Shown piece by piece: positions 35,244 to 46,656 of a stretch of DNA of 46,656 nt. The notes under the pieces were generated by a model. The model was not told where the DNA came from. It worked only from the letters and a program-made list of their open reading frames with translations, and did not search any database. The DNA is from Prorocentrum cordatum (taxonomy: Eukaryota), in the NCBI GenBank assembly GCA_963575745.1, contig CAUYUJ010000181.1:620001-666656 (forward strand). The letters run 5' to 3'. Numbering within the stretch: the stretch's first letter is position 1; each line of letters begins with the position of its first letter. The position numbers and the translations under genes were made by a program.

Positions 35244-35615
35244 GTAGGGGAGAGGAGGGAGGGAGGAGGGAAGCAGGAGAAGGACGCAGGGGGGGAGGAG
35301 GGCATGGGGAGGGATCAAGCGTCAGGGAGGGGGTGCGCAAGTCAAGAGGATGGGGAGGGAGGGAGGAGGAGCAGGAGGCGGGGGGGAGAAGGGAAGGCGC
35401 ACGTGCGAGAAGGACGAAAACTGAGGACTGAGGACTGAGGAGAGGGGGCGACGACGACGACCCTTAGATGGCCTTTAGAGAAATCACGACCACAGCCCCA
35501 GACCCCATCCGTCTGCGGCATTCCTCGAGCCGTATCGCTCTGTCAAGGTCCTTGGGCCGGAAAGCGGGCGAACACGCCCGGTGCGAAAAGTAATTGCATC
35601 GCCCAGATCGCAGGG

Positions 35616-35627
35616 GACGACGACGAG

Positions 35628-35672
<45 letters not shown>

Positions 35673-35689
35673 GACGAGGACGAGGACGA

Positions 35690-35762
<73 letters not shown>

Positions 35763-36600
35763 CCGCCAACGACGATGACGACGACAACGACGACGACGGC
35801 GACGGCGACGACGACGGGGGGACGGAGGGAGTTACCCCCCACTACCCCCCCCTGCGCGGAGGGAAGGGGTCCAGAACTCCAGGTTGTGGGTTTTTAGGGA
35901 GAGGGAAATGGGAGGGTGACCTAAATGGGGGGTGCGAAGATAAGGGCCCTGAAAAGATCCCTCGAGGGCCCCTGTTGGAGCCAGCTCAGCAGGGGCCCAA
36001 GCGGGGCCCTCAAGGGCCCCTGCAGGGCCCCTTTCTTCACCCCCCATGTATGTAGGCCACCCCCATTCACACCCGCTCGACGGCTCTTGGCACGCGCCAC
36101 CGCGGTCAGTTGCCCGGTGGTCCGCCTTGGGCGGGGAGGAGGAGGAGGAGGAGGAGGAGGAGGAGGAGGAGGAGGAGGAGGAGGAGGAGGAGGAGGAGGA
36201 GGAGGAGGAGGAGGAGGAGGAGGAGGAGGGGGACTCATGGTTATTGGAAGCGGCCCGCGCCACCGCGTCAACTGCCCGGTGGTCCGCCCCGCCGGCCCAT
36301 GCCCGCCGCAGGGCCGCTGGCGGTGTCGAGGCGTCTTCCGCTTCTCCCTGGGCCGGCGCCTGGTCGGAGCAGGGCACTGCAGAGGAGGGGGAGGAGGAGG
36401 AGGAGGAGGAGGAGGAGGAGGAGGAGGAGGAGGAGAGGAGGAGGAGGAGGAGGAGGCGGAGGCGGAGGCGGAGGAGGAGGAGGAGGAGGAGGAGGAGGAG
36501 GAGGAGGAGGCGGAAGAGGCGGAGGAGGAGGAGGCGGAGGAGGAGGAGGAGGAGAGAGGAGGAGGCGGAGGAGAGAGGAGGAGGCGGAGAGGAGAGGAGG
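35616..36600. repeat. (GAC)n tract at 35616-35815 and (GAG)n tracts at 36136-36228 and 36382-36600
   Basis: Direct reading. Confidence 0.95.
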
Positions 36601-37683
36601 TGGCTCAGGCGGCGCGTCCAGGGACCGAGACGATGATTATGCGGGAGAACGCTGCTGGGCTTGGACAGAAGCGAATCGACCCCGGAGCTTCCAACCCCGA
36701 CTACCAGTCGGGCTGACTTGCGGGCGACACGGTCGGCTGCCGCACCCCCTGGAGCACAGTCTGGGGGGAAAAATTCCGCCGACTTCTTGTCGGTCTCCAG
36801 GCGTGTGAGATTCTTCACTCCCCCAGAACCCCCCAAGGGACCCCAAACTGGAAATTCGACCGCCCCCCCCCCGGGCCCGGCACGACCCTGGCACGGAAGC
36901 ATCAAAGGGGGGCATTCAAACACTTGTTTGGGTAGCCCCGAGACGGCTCCAGAGGCACCCGAGATAGTCCAAGCAGGCCGACTCACCGGAAAAATCCGCC
37001 CAAGACATTCGAGACAGGGCCCATACAGCTTCCGAGACGTTCAAGACGCCCCAACAGGCCTTCAAGACGTCTCCCAAGAGGGCCCACCAAAAGGAGATAG
37101 ACACGCCCCACTCCCGATGGAAAACGAGTAGTTTTACCAGAAGCGCTTCTTGGGCTTTCACAACGGCCAAGACGGCCCAGGAGACCCCCAAGATCGACTC
37201 GAGACGGCCCGAGAGGCTCCGAAGAGGGCTTCCAAGCGGCCCAGGACGGCTCCCAGACAGGGCTCCAAGACGCCCCAAGAGGACCCCCAGGATGGCCCCA
37301 AGAGAGGCCCATGTGGGTGAACGCGGCAAAATGTTCTAGTTTGTCGCCCGAGACCGCCAGCAAAACGCCCCAGAAAGCTCCAAGGAGCCCCAAGAGGCCG
37401 CCAGGAGGCCCAGATAACCCACACAAACCACCCCTAAAAGGTTTCAAACAAATGCCCACAAGCCCACCCAGAAGATCCCCTAGGAGACACCGACAGGCGT
37501 CCAAGAGGCGCGGGGCGGGCGCGGGCGCGGTGGCTGGATGGGCCACACGTTTGTGGTTCAAAACCCAGGCACGGCGGTGTTGTGGTTCACGGCCCAGGCA
37601 CGGTGGCGGGTTGCCTCTCATGGCGCTTCCACCGTGTATCTCTCCGCCCCACGCGTCGCTTTATTACCTTCTTGAGAAACCCA

Positions 37684-37829
37684 GAGGTACCGTTCCGCTA
37701 CTCTCCGAACACCTCCGGGGGTGCGTTCTGAGAAGGATTTCGAGGCGAATCCAACGGTGGCGACGACGGAGGCCCAGGAGGCCCCAAAAGGAGAAAACGA
37801 GGGGAGGGTAGAGGTATGAGTACCTTTTC
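37684..37829 (+). mobile_element. Family E copy
   Basis: AGAGGTACCGTTCCGCTACTCTCC...GGGTGCGTTCTGAGAAGGATTTCGAGGCGAATCC...GAGTACCTTTT. Confidence 0.75.
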
Positions 37830-38107
37830 CACCTCTGAGGTTTGTCTCCCCACCACCCCTCCCTTCTCCTAGTCCTGATCCTCATCCAACTCACCGTTCT
37901 CATTGTCATGTTCGCCCTCCCTCCTCGCTCGCCCACTCCTGGAAATACTTCCACGGAGTTCGGCACGTGTGGCGCCATTGCCGACTCGATCTCCCAAGAG
38001 GTCACCTGAACGGGCATCTGTTGAATGGCTTGCATATCATGGTGCCGTTTGTTTAGGCACGCGCGACGTTGACCCCCCACCAGCGCCCCCGCCCCCCCTT
38101 CCCCCCC

Positions 38108-38216
38108 ACACAGACACACACACAACACACACACATACACACACACACACACACTACACACGCACACACACACACACCAAACACACACACACACACCACA
38201 CACACAACACACACAC
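38108..38216. repeat. (CA)n microsatellite
   Basis: Direct reading. Confidence 0.95.
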
Positions 38217-38929
38217 GGAAAACGCTGACTTCGGGAGTTACTCCCATCTGCAAATGCCACTGCGCTGAACGCTTGCCAGCTGCTCGCCGTGAACCCGAAG
38301 TCCTCGCAATCTGCGCACACCACGCGCGCTCGATTCGTCTTTCGATGGTGTTACGCTTCTTCCTTCCCGGAGCCTGCCCCGCACGCGGCGCGCGCCGGTT
38401 CGCGCTCGAACCGCTCTGCCGCATCGGCCAGACATCTGGGCGCTGACCCCCTGCTTGTGGCAACCCTCACAGACCGCACCGGCACCTTTTGCCTTCCGAG
38501 GGTGCTCCGCGTAGCGGTTTAAATTGTGCGGCCTCCCCGAGCGCCGCAGCTGCCTCTGCTCTTGCCACTCACGAGCGCTTGACGCCCGCGCCCACTGCTT
38601 ACACATCATCCCGCCAACGGGCCGACAAAGCCTCTCCTCGGCTGCGCTGTGTGTGTTCTGTTCTTTCGACACCTCCGCCTTCTCCTTCGGTGGCAACTCA
38701 TGGGAGCCTCCCATACAATCTTGTCGGCTCTTGAGAATCGACGCTAATCGACGCTAAATCGACGCTGAACCGATGCTCATAGACGCTAGCCGACGCTAAA
38801 TCGGCGCTACCCCGTCGACTCCCAAACGCTAATCGACTCTAGCCGACGCCAAAGACGGAATTGAGAGGGGAGACCAGACTCCCATGATTTGCTACCGAAT
38901 CCTCCCTCTCGGATGTTCAAAGTCTTGAG

Positions 38930-39243
38930 CAGGGACCGACCGTCCCGGCATTCCTATGGCCCTACCACGACATGTTCTTATAACATCAACCCAATGTGAC
39001 AACACAAGACATGTTCTTAGAACCCGAAACATGTTCTTAGAACCCTATAGGCCTAACACGACATGTTCTTAGAGCCCGAAGCTGTTCTAATAACAAAAAC
39101 AACGTTCTCAGAACATAAACCCGATGTGCTAACACAAGACGGTCCCAGCAATACATGTTCTGAGAACCTTTCGCGCCGACCATAAAAGGCTCTCCGGAGA
39201 CTCTCTGGTGGGCCCATAGGCGAGCCAGGACGCTTCGCCACTG
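38930..39243 (+). repeat. Dispersed repeat family D, copy 2, with expanded ACATGTTCTTAG repeats
   Basis: Collinear with 1151-1385. Confidence 0.8.
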
Positions 39244-39550
39244 CTCGCCAGATCCCATGGGGAGAACCTGTGCCCACGAGTCTGGCCACAAACACAGGCA
39301 AACCAATCGAGACATCCTCCGAATCTGGCCCCCCTGGGGGGCGAAAAGGAGCGCCTCGCCCCGGGACGTCCTCCAAGTCTGTTTTCCGAAAGCGGAGGAG
39401 GTTGAGCATGCCAACAGGCAAACCGCTCGAGACACTTCCGAGCCTCGAGGTCACCAAACGCGCGGCGCGCGCGCGGGCGCTTCGCCACTGCTCGAACGTC
39501 TCGCCCTGCCAGATCCCATTTGAACCCTCGAGGCTACCAACCACGCGGCG

Positions 39551-39965
39551 CTCCTCCTCCTCCTCCTCCTCCTCCATCCTCCTCCTCCTCCTCCTCCTCC
39601 TCCTCCTCCTCCTCCTCCTCCTCCTCCTCCTCCTCCTCCTCTCCTCTCCTCCTCCTCCTCCTCTTCCTCCTCCTCCTCCCCTCCTCCTCCTCCTCCTCCT
39701 CCTCCTCCTCCTCCTCCTCCTCCTCCTCCTCCTCCTCCTCCTCCTCCTCCTCCGCCTCCTCCTCCTCCCTCCTCATCCCTTCCTCCTCCCTCCTCCTCCT
39801 CCTCCCCTCCTCATCCTCCTCCTTCCTCCTCCTCCTCCTCCTCCTCCTCCTCCTCCTCCTACTCCTCCCCCTCCTCCTCCTCCTCCTCCTCTCCTCCTCC
39901 TCCCTCCTCCTCCATCCTACTCCTCCTCCTTCCTCCTCCTCCTCCTCCCCCTCCCCCTCCTCCCC
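39551..39965. repeat. Long (CCT)n polypyrimidine tract
   Basis: Direct reading; similar tracts at 13015-13260, 15440-15536, 43476-43570 and (GGA)n at 44274-44423. Confidence 0.97.
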
Positions 39966-40734
39966 TGGGAGGCCCTGGGCCCCTGGGGGCTCCGCCGCGG
40001 CTCCCCCCGAGAGCGCGGCAGCGCACACCGCCGGGGCACACCGTCGGGGGGGGGGGCAGCCGAGGCCGCGCTCCTGCGATGGCGTGGGGGCTCCGGCGGC
40101 CGAGGCGCGAGGGAGCCCCCGGGGAGCCACGGCGGGGCGCAGCTCTGCGGCGGGGGGGGCACCTGCTTGCCGACGCGGCCAGGAAGGAGCCACACAAGTC
40201 GAGGGAGGGGGAGGGGGAACAGCAAGAGAGAGGGAGAGAGAGAGAGAGAGAGAGAAACAGAAAAAAGGAGAGGGGAAGAGGCATGCGGGCCAGAGCCCCC
40301 GAGAGCGCCGTGGGCTGCTCAGGGCGCCCTGGGCGGCCCGGGTCCCCGGCATGTTGCAGCGGCCTGCGTCCCCAGGCACGGTGGGGGGGCACTGGGCAAG
40401 GAAACCTCCGACGAGGGATCCGGGGTCTGGAAGCCAGTGGAAGGCCAATCGTGGGTTGGCCATGGATATCACCGCCGCCCTCATCAGATAAGGAGCCCGC
40501 CAGGGTCTGAAGCCTCCCAGGCACGCTCCTTCACGAACGCCCCCACCGTAACAATCGGTCGGACGGAGTATGTAGAAACATGGAGTATGAGGCGTGGAAA
40601 GCAGACTGTGTTCCGTCCGCCCCCTGAGGAGGACGGACAAGGTGAAGCCACTCGATCATTGAAGCAGGAAGGCGCTTAAAGTACATTGGAATCTGTGAAT
40701 CCAAAAGGAAGAGCGTGGAAGAGCGTCCATGAGG

Positions 40735-41003
40735 CCCCCAGGACGGCCAAAGAGGGCTCCAGAGCGGCCCCAAAAAGCCCTCCAGACGGCCCAAGAAGCC
40801 CCCAGGACGGCCGAAGAGGACCCCAAGAGAGCCCGAAGGCGGCCCCGACAGGCCGCCAAGACGGCCTCCGAAGGGGCTGAACGGCGCAAGAGCGCCCCAA
40901 GACGGCCCAAGACGCCCCCAAGAGGTCCCGAGAGACTCCAAGAAGCCCCCAAGAGGCTCCAAGCAGCCCCCAAGAGGCCTCCAAGAGGCCTCAAAGAGGC
41001 CGA
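40735..41003 (+). repeat. CCAAGA/GACGGCCC-rich degenerate repeat family
   Basis: Similar tracts at 16030-16250 and 36930-37510. Confidence 0.75.
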
Positions 41004-41089
41004 GGCTCACAGCAGGCCCCACAACGACTGGACTGCACATGCTCCGGACGTGCACCCCGCGAAGCGAAAGGAATCAGGGCGATATAGCT

Positions 41090-41273
41090 TTATGTCGGGC
41101 GTGTCCCCTACAGAAGGATTTTCTACGGAAAATGAAAAATACTCCGAAAATACCCAAAAAGGCAAAACAATAGTCAAACAATGGTCCCCATACTTTTGTT
41201 TTTTGTTTACTATTTTGGGGGTATTTTTATTTTTCTTCGAAAATCCCCCTGTAGGGGGACAGGCCCGACTTAA
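41090..41273. mobile_element. MITE with ~35-bp imperfect TIRs and 8-bp TSD (hAT-like)
   Basis: ATATAGCT|TTATGTCGGGCGTGTCCCCTACAG...CTGTAGGGGGACAGGCCCGACTTAA|ATATAGCT; TSD at 41082-41089 and 41274-41281. Confidence 0.85.
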
Positions 41274-41539
41274 ATATAGCTTTACGAGTGGAAGAGTGTG
41301 ACGACCCGAGTTCACGATGTCATCGCACTGCCTCGCTAGCGCGAGCCCCATGCGGAGGAGGAGGAGGAGGAGGAGGAGGAGGAGGAGGAGGAGGAGGGTC
41401 AACGCACGCCTCAGAGGCAAGGATGCAGAGGGGACCGCAGTGCAGGTACGGTGCGCTTGGCCATCCTCTTGGCACGGGCACTCGAAAAGGCAGGGACGCT
41501 CAACAATCGGCACCCGATGGGAGGAAGTCTGGGGAGACA

Positions 41540-41652
41540 CTTTCCTGGGGTGCGCTCTGAACAAAATCTCAGGGCGAATCCAGCCGTGGCGACGAGGGCC
41601 TCGCGGGAGGCCCCAAAAGAGGAAAATGAAGCAAGTGCAGTGGTTTCGGTAC
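41540..41652 (+). mobile_element. Family E partial copy
   Basis: CCTGGGGTGCGCTCTGAACAAAATCTCAGGGCGAATCCAGCCGTGGCGACGAGGGCCTC. Confidence 0.7.
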
Positions 41653-41691
41653 AGTGGAGGCCAGTCCACAAGAAACCTCCCACAAAAAAAA

Positions 41692-43016
41692 TTAGCCTGG
41701 CGAAGGACCCAACCATATGCAGTTGTGAATATTGCAAATATGAATATCGTTTTCGGTGGCGCTACCTCTGGGTAGGGGAGACGCATGCGAATACCCCCAC
41801 TGGGGCCTTCGGTGGAGCTCCCTATGGGGCTACGAAACGCTGCCCTGGGTGGGGGAACCGCATGCGGGCACCCCCACTGGGGCCTTCGGTGGAGCTCCCT
41901 ATGGGGCCACGAAACGCTGCCCTGGGTGGGGGAACCGCATGCGAACACCCCAACTGGGGCCTTCGGTGGAGCTCCCTATGGGGCTACGAAACGCTGCCCT
42001 GTGGTGGGGGGAACCGCATGCGGCAGCCCCCACTGGGGCCTACGGTGGAGCTCCCTATGGGGCCACGAAACGCTGCCCTGGGTGGGGGAACCGCATGTGG
42101 ACACCCCCACTGGGGCCTTCGGTGGAGCTCCCTAGGGGGCTCCAAACTGGGTGGGGGATGGGGACTGGGGCCTTCGGTGGAGCTCCTATGGGCTACGAAA
42201 CGCTGCCCTGGGTGGGGGAACCGCATGTGGACACCCCCACTGGGCCTTCGGTGGAGCTCCCTATGGGGCTACGAAACGCTGCCCTGGGTGGGGGAACCGC
42301 ATGCGGACACCCCCACTGGGGCCTTCGGTGGAGCTCCCTATGGGGCCACGAAACGCTGCCCTGGGTGGGGGAACCGCATGTGGACACCCCCACTGGGGCC
42401 TTCGGTGGAGCTCCCTATGGGGCTACGAAACGCTGCCCTGGGTGGGGGAACCGCATGCGGACACCCCCACTGGGGCCTTCGGTGGAGCTCCCTATGGGGC
42501 CACGAAACGCTGCCCTGGGTGGGGGAACCGCATGTGGACACCCCCACTGGGGCCTTCGGTGGAGCTCCCTATGGGGCTACGAAACGCTGCCCTGGGTGGG
42601 GGAACCGCATGCGGACACCCCCACTGGGGCCTTCGGTGGAGCTCCCTATGGGGCCACGAAACGCTGCCCTGGGTGGGGGAACCGCATGCGGACACCCCCA
42701 CTGGGGCCTACGGTGGAGCTCCCTATGGGGCTACGAAACGCTGCCCTGGGTGGGGGAACCGCATGTGGACACCCCCACTGGGGCCTTCGGTGGAGCTCCC
42801 TATGGGGCTACGAAACGCTGCCCTGGGTGGGGGAACCGCATGTGGACACCCCCACTGGGGCCTTCGGTGGAGCTCCCTATGGGGCTACGAAACGCGTGAG
42901 AGGTGTGCCGAGAGCAGAGGCAAGGAGGGGGAGGAGGGAGGAGGGGGAGGAGGAAGGAGAGGAACGCGGGGCACCGTCTCTTCAAAACGAGGACCCAACA
43001 CCACAGGATGGTTGGG
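41692..43016. mobile_element. Family H3: element carrying the 77-bp array
   Basis: An A8 run, then 16 bp, then CCCAACCAT (41708-41716), which is inverted with ATGGTTGGG (43008-43016). Terminal hairpin CCCAACACCACAGGATGGTTGGG is followed by AACAAAA. Single copy in this window. Confidence 0.55.
41768..42894. repeat. 77-bp tandem array, ~14 units
   Basis: Unit CTGGGTGGGGGAACCGCATG(C/T)GGACACCCCCACTGGGGCCTTCGGTGGAGCTCCCTATGGGG(C)(C/T)ACGAAACGCTGCC; one disrupted unit near 42135-42165. Confidence 0.97.
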
Positions 43017-43050
43017 AACAAAACCCTGAGACCCCAGGACGGCCATTGAT

Positions 43051-43410
43051 GACTGGTGTGGGAGCGTCCACCGAACCCAAGAGACCCAGGGCCCCCCGGA
43101 GGCAGGCAGAGTGTTTCTTGGCATGATGGCGCTGGCCCCCGCTGTACAGTCGGGGGCTTGACCTAAGGAACCCAAAATAAGGAACGAGGCCCCTTTTTTC
43201 CATAAGTCAAACTTCGACTTCCGATCGGAAACAGAAGGGAACCCGGAGGCAAGCTGGGAAACACTCAAGGAACGCGGAGCCCCTCCCCAACGAAAAGGGT
43301 TCCTTCTTCAGGGCCCCGACTGTACTGGTGTGGGAACGTCCATCGAACCCAAGAAACCCAGGGCCCCCGGGAGGCAAGCAGAGTGTTTCTTGGCAGGATG
43401 GCGCTGGCCC
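43051..43410. repeat. ~90-bp direct duplication (43051-43139 and 43324-43411)
   Basis: ACTGGTGTGGGA.CGTCCA.CGAACCCAAGA.ACCCAGGGCCCCC.GGAGGCA.GCAGAGTGTTTCTTGGCA.GATGGCGCTGGCCCC. Confidence 0.9.
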
Positions 43411-44864
43411 CGCAGGGGCCTCGGGGCGTGTTGGCGTGTTGTCCACCACCACCACCAGAAGTTGGAGGGGGGGGTCCTCCTCCTCCTCCTCCTCCTCCTC
43501 CTCCTCCTCCTCCTCCTCCTCCTCCTCCTTCTCCTGCTCCTCCTCCTCCCCCTCCTCTTCCTCCTCCTCCCTGGAAGCTCGTCTGGGCTCCTGGCAGGGT
43601 CTCGGCTACAGCTCGCTGCAGCGGCCGGCGCGCGGAGGCCTCCGAGCCCGCGCGTCTGGCGGCCCCCCCCCCCCGCCCTCGCTGGCAAGCGGGCCGCGTG
43701 CACGACCACGGCTCCCGCCGCGAGCGGGGCCGAGGCATTCCATGGGGGGCACAGGGAATGCCAGTGGGCGCAGACCTGCTGTGAGTAAGCTCGAGTGCAG
43801 GAGATCCTGGGGCACACCGTTCTGTCGAAAAATCGGGTGTCGTGGGGAACCCACAAACTTATATACACGAGAGCGGCTTTCGCAGGCAGCCGGGCCGAAG
43901 TGAAGCTCAAAGGTAGCACTACATTACGGCAGACGAGAGAAGCCGAGAGAGAAAGCGAGAGAAAGAGAGAGAGAGAGAGACCATCCAACCTCCACCCACA
44001 TATTTGTTTCAGCAACAACACTTCGACTGCTGACTGCCCGACCAGATCCAAGCCAGTGACACTGAGACGCTACTGCATCATACGCCGGGATTACTGGCCT
44101 CGGCTAAATAAACGGCGCGCTCCCCACCCCGACACCCCCTCTCCCTCCCCCGCCCCTGCCCCCTTTCCTCTGTCTAACAAGGCATCCATGCGCTTGTGAA
44201 AGTATGTGTGTGTGTGTGTCATGGAGTCGAATCGTCAAATTTGTCGGAGATGCCAGCTAAGAAACGCAACGGAAGGAGGAGGAGGAGGAGGAGGAGGAGG
44301 AGGAGGAGGAGGAGGAGGCGGAGGAGGAGGAGGAGGAGGAGGAGGAGAGGAGGAGTGGAGGAGGAGGAGGAGGAGGAGGAGGCAGGAGGAGGAGTGGGAG
44401 GAGTGGAGGAGGAGGAGGAGGAGGCACCCCCCACCCAAAGACGACGAGACGATCCTCTGCTCCACAAGGGCGTCTTGGATGCGCACGCCCGCGAGCGCGC
44501 CGCGGGTGCCTCCGGGGCCCTTTCCGCCTGCGCGCCCTCGGACTCCAGCCAGGACACGGCGGATCCCCTGGGCGCGGGTGGCGCTGGGGCTGTTTTGTTG
44601 AGGGGTGTGGGGGGGGGGGGCGGACGGGAGCTCCGCTGGCTGGCAGTACGGTAGGCAGCTACAGCACCGGGAACCTTGCTGTCAGAAATCCTGGGGCACA
44701 CTACCCGCGGACATCTGAGGGCCCACAGGTGCCCCAGAGTTTCTGCGGGTCCCTGGGGCCATCGAGGGATAAGACGTTCTCGCGAGGCACCTACTGGCAG
44801 GCCGATTTCTGATTTGAATTGCGAACTGTAGAGCATGCGTGCAAGCGATCAGGCAAGCACGCGA

Positions 44865-45242
44865 CTCTGCTCTACTCTATTCAACCCGACTCTGTTCTAA
44901 TGTCTCCCCTACTCTACTCTGCTCTACTCTACTCGACCGCACTCTACTCTAACCTACTCTACCTACCCTACTCTACGCTACCCTACACTACCCCTGCTCC
45001 ACTCTACACCACTCCTGCTCTACTAGACTCGATTCCAACTCGACTTTCATCTACCATACTCTCCTCTACTCCACTCTACGCTACTCTTGTCAACTCTATT
45101 CGACTGTATTTTACTCGATCATATACCAAATTATACTCTATTATACTCGCATCTACCTTCTTCCACCCGACTCTAGTCTAACCTACTCTACTCTACTCCT
45201 ACTCTCGTCTACTCTACTCCGAATCGACTCTACTCTACTCTA
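44865..45242. repeat. Degenerate (CTACT)n pentanucleotide repeat
   Basis: Direct reading. Confidence 0.9.
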
Positions 45243-45344
45243 TTATTTGTTCCTCAACCCTTTTCTGTTCTACTCTTATCTACACTGGTTTGAGGGAGTT
45301 TCTGTGGAACTCACGTCATCCTCACCCCCGGCGCGAAGAGCACG

Positions 45345-46656
45345 AGCCCAGAGCGGCCTCCGGCACCGTTTCCGGACAGATCCGGTGGATCCGGTGACGA
45401 ATCCAAAACCGGCGCCCTCGCTTGAGACATCCTCACAAAACCGGCCCCGGGGGAGGTGCCCAGAGGAGCCCAGAGCGGCCTCCGGCACCGTTTCGGACAG
45501 ATCCGGTGGATCCGCCGACGAATCCCAAACCGGCGCCCTCGCTTGAGACATCCTCACAAAACCGGCCCCGGGGGAGGTGCCCAGAGGGGCCCAGAGCGGC
45601 CTACGGCACCGTTTCCGGACAGATCCGGTGGATCCGGTGACGAATCCCAAACCGGCGCCCTCGCTTAAGACATCCTCACAAAACCGGCCCCGGGGGAGGT
45701 GCCCAGAGGAGCCCAGAGCGGCCTCCGGCACCGTTTCCGGACAGATCCGGTGGATCCGGTGACGAATCCCAAACCGGCGCCCTCGCTTAAGACATCCTCA
45801 CAAAACCGGCCCCGGGGGAGGTGCCCAGAGGAGCCCAGAGCGGCCTCCGGCACCGTTTCCTGACAGATCCGGTGGATCCGGTGACGAATCCCAAACCGGC
45901 GCCCTCGCTTGAGACATCCTCACAAAACCGGCCCCGGGGGAGGTGCCCAGAGGAGCCCAGAGCGGCCTCCGGCACCGTTTCCGAACAGATCCGGTGGATC
46001 TGGTGACGAATCCCAAACCGGCGCCCTCGCTTGAGACATCCTCACAAAACCGGCCCCGGGGGAGGTGCCCATAGGAGCCCAGAGCGGCCTCCGGCACCGT
46101 TTCCGGACAGATCCGGTGGATCCGGTGACGAATCCCAAACCGGCGCCCTCGCTTGAGACATCCTCACAAAACCGGCCCCGGGGGAGGTGCCCAGAGGACC
46201 CCAGAGCGGCCTCCGGCACCGTTTCCGGACAGATCCGGTGGATCCGCTGACGAATCCCAAACCGGCGCCCTCGCTTGAGACATCCTCACAAAACCGGCCC
46301 CGGGGGAGGTGCCCAGAGGAGCCCAGAGCGGCCTCCGGCACCGTTTCCGGACAGATCCGCTGGATCCGGTGGATCCGCCGACGAATCCCAAAACGGCGCC
46401 CTCGCTTGAGACATCCTCACAAAACCGGCCCCGGGGGAGGTGCCCAGAGGAGCCCAGAGCGGCCTACGGCACCGTTTCCGGACAGATCCGGTGGATCCTG
46501 GGACGAATCCCAAACCGGCGCCCTCAGCTTGAGACATCCTCACAAAACCGGCCCCGGGGGGAGGTTGCCAGAGGGAGCCCAGGCTGGCCTCAGGCACCGT
46601 TTCCGGACAGATCCGGTGGATCCGGTGACGAATCCAAACCGGCGCCCTCTGCTGAG
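45345..46656. repeat. 122-bp tandem array, >=10 units, runs off the window end
   Basis: Unit GGCACCGTTTCCGGACAGATCCGGTGGATCCGGTGACGAATCCCAAACCGGCGCCCTCGCTTGAGACATCCTCACAAAACCGGCCCCGGGGGAGGTGCCCAGAGGAGCCCAGAGCGGCCTCC; ORF offsets of 122. Confidence 0.97.

Noticed and set aside
39270..40679. 469-aa Leu/Pro-rich membrane-like protein
   Set aside because: The poly-Leu and poly-Pro come from the (CCT)n tract.
41451..43126. Repeat proteins of 292-482 aa
   Set aside because: These are translations of the 77-bp array; the unit is not a multiple of 3 and all three + frames cycle through the same peptides.
1..46656. rRNA, tRNA, dinoflagellate spliced leader and telomeric repeats
   Set aside because: None was recognised by eye; a covariance-model or exact search would be needed to exclude degenerate copies.

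Overview
Eukaryotic, GC-rich, repeat-saturated non-coding DNA. Its character suggests a dinoflagellate such as Prorocentrum, but that is inference. The only convincing protein-coding sequence is a 5'-truncated RTE-type non-LTR retrotransposon on the minus strand (about 28805-31560; partial APE endonuclease plus RT). It has a premature stop near the C-terminus and a (TTCC)n tail. A much older, decayed LINE RT of a different family appears to lie at about 34340-35243 (-), split by a MITE-like element. The rest consists of microsatellites, at least five MITE/foldback families, a degenerate long-period repeat (20.2-27.5 kb) and several minisatellite arrays (73, 77, 122, 21, 24/16 and about 45 bp units). 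The most interesting pattern is that several arrays are not free-standing. They sit as cargo inside short elements with asymmetric inverted repeats, a terminal hairpin, flanking A/T runs and no visible target-site duplication (TSD), which resembles non-autonomous Helentron/DINE-1 rolling-circle elements. Almost all ORFs in the track are artefacts of repeats. Coordinates were read by eye and may be off by a few bases.
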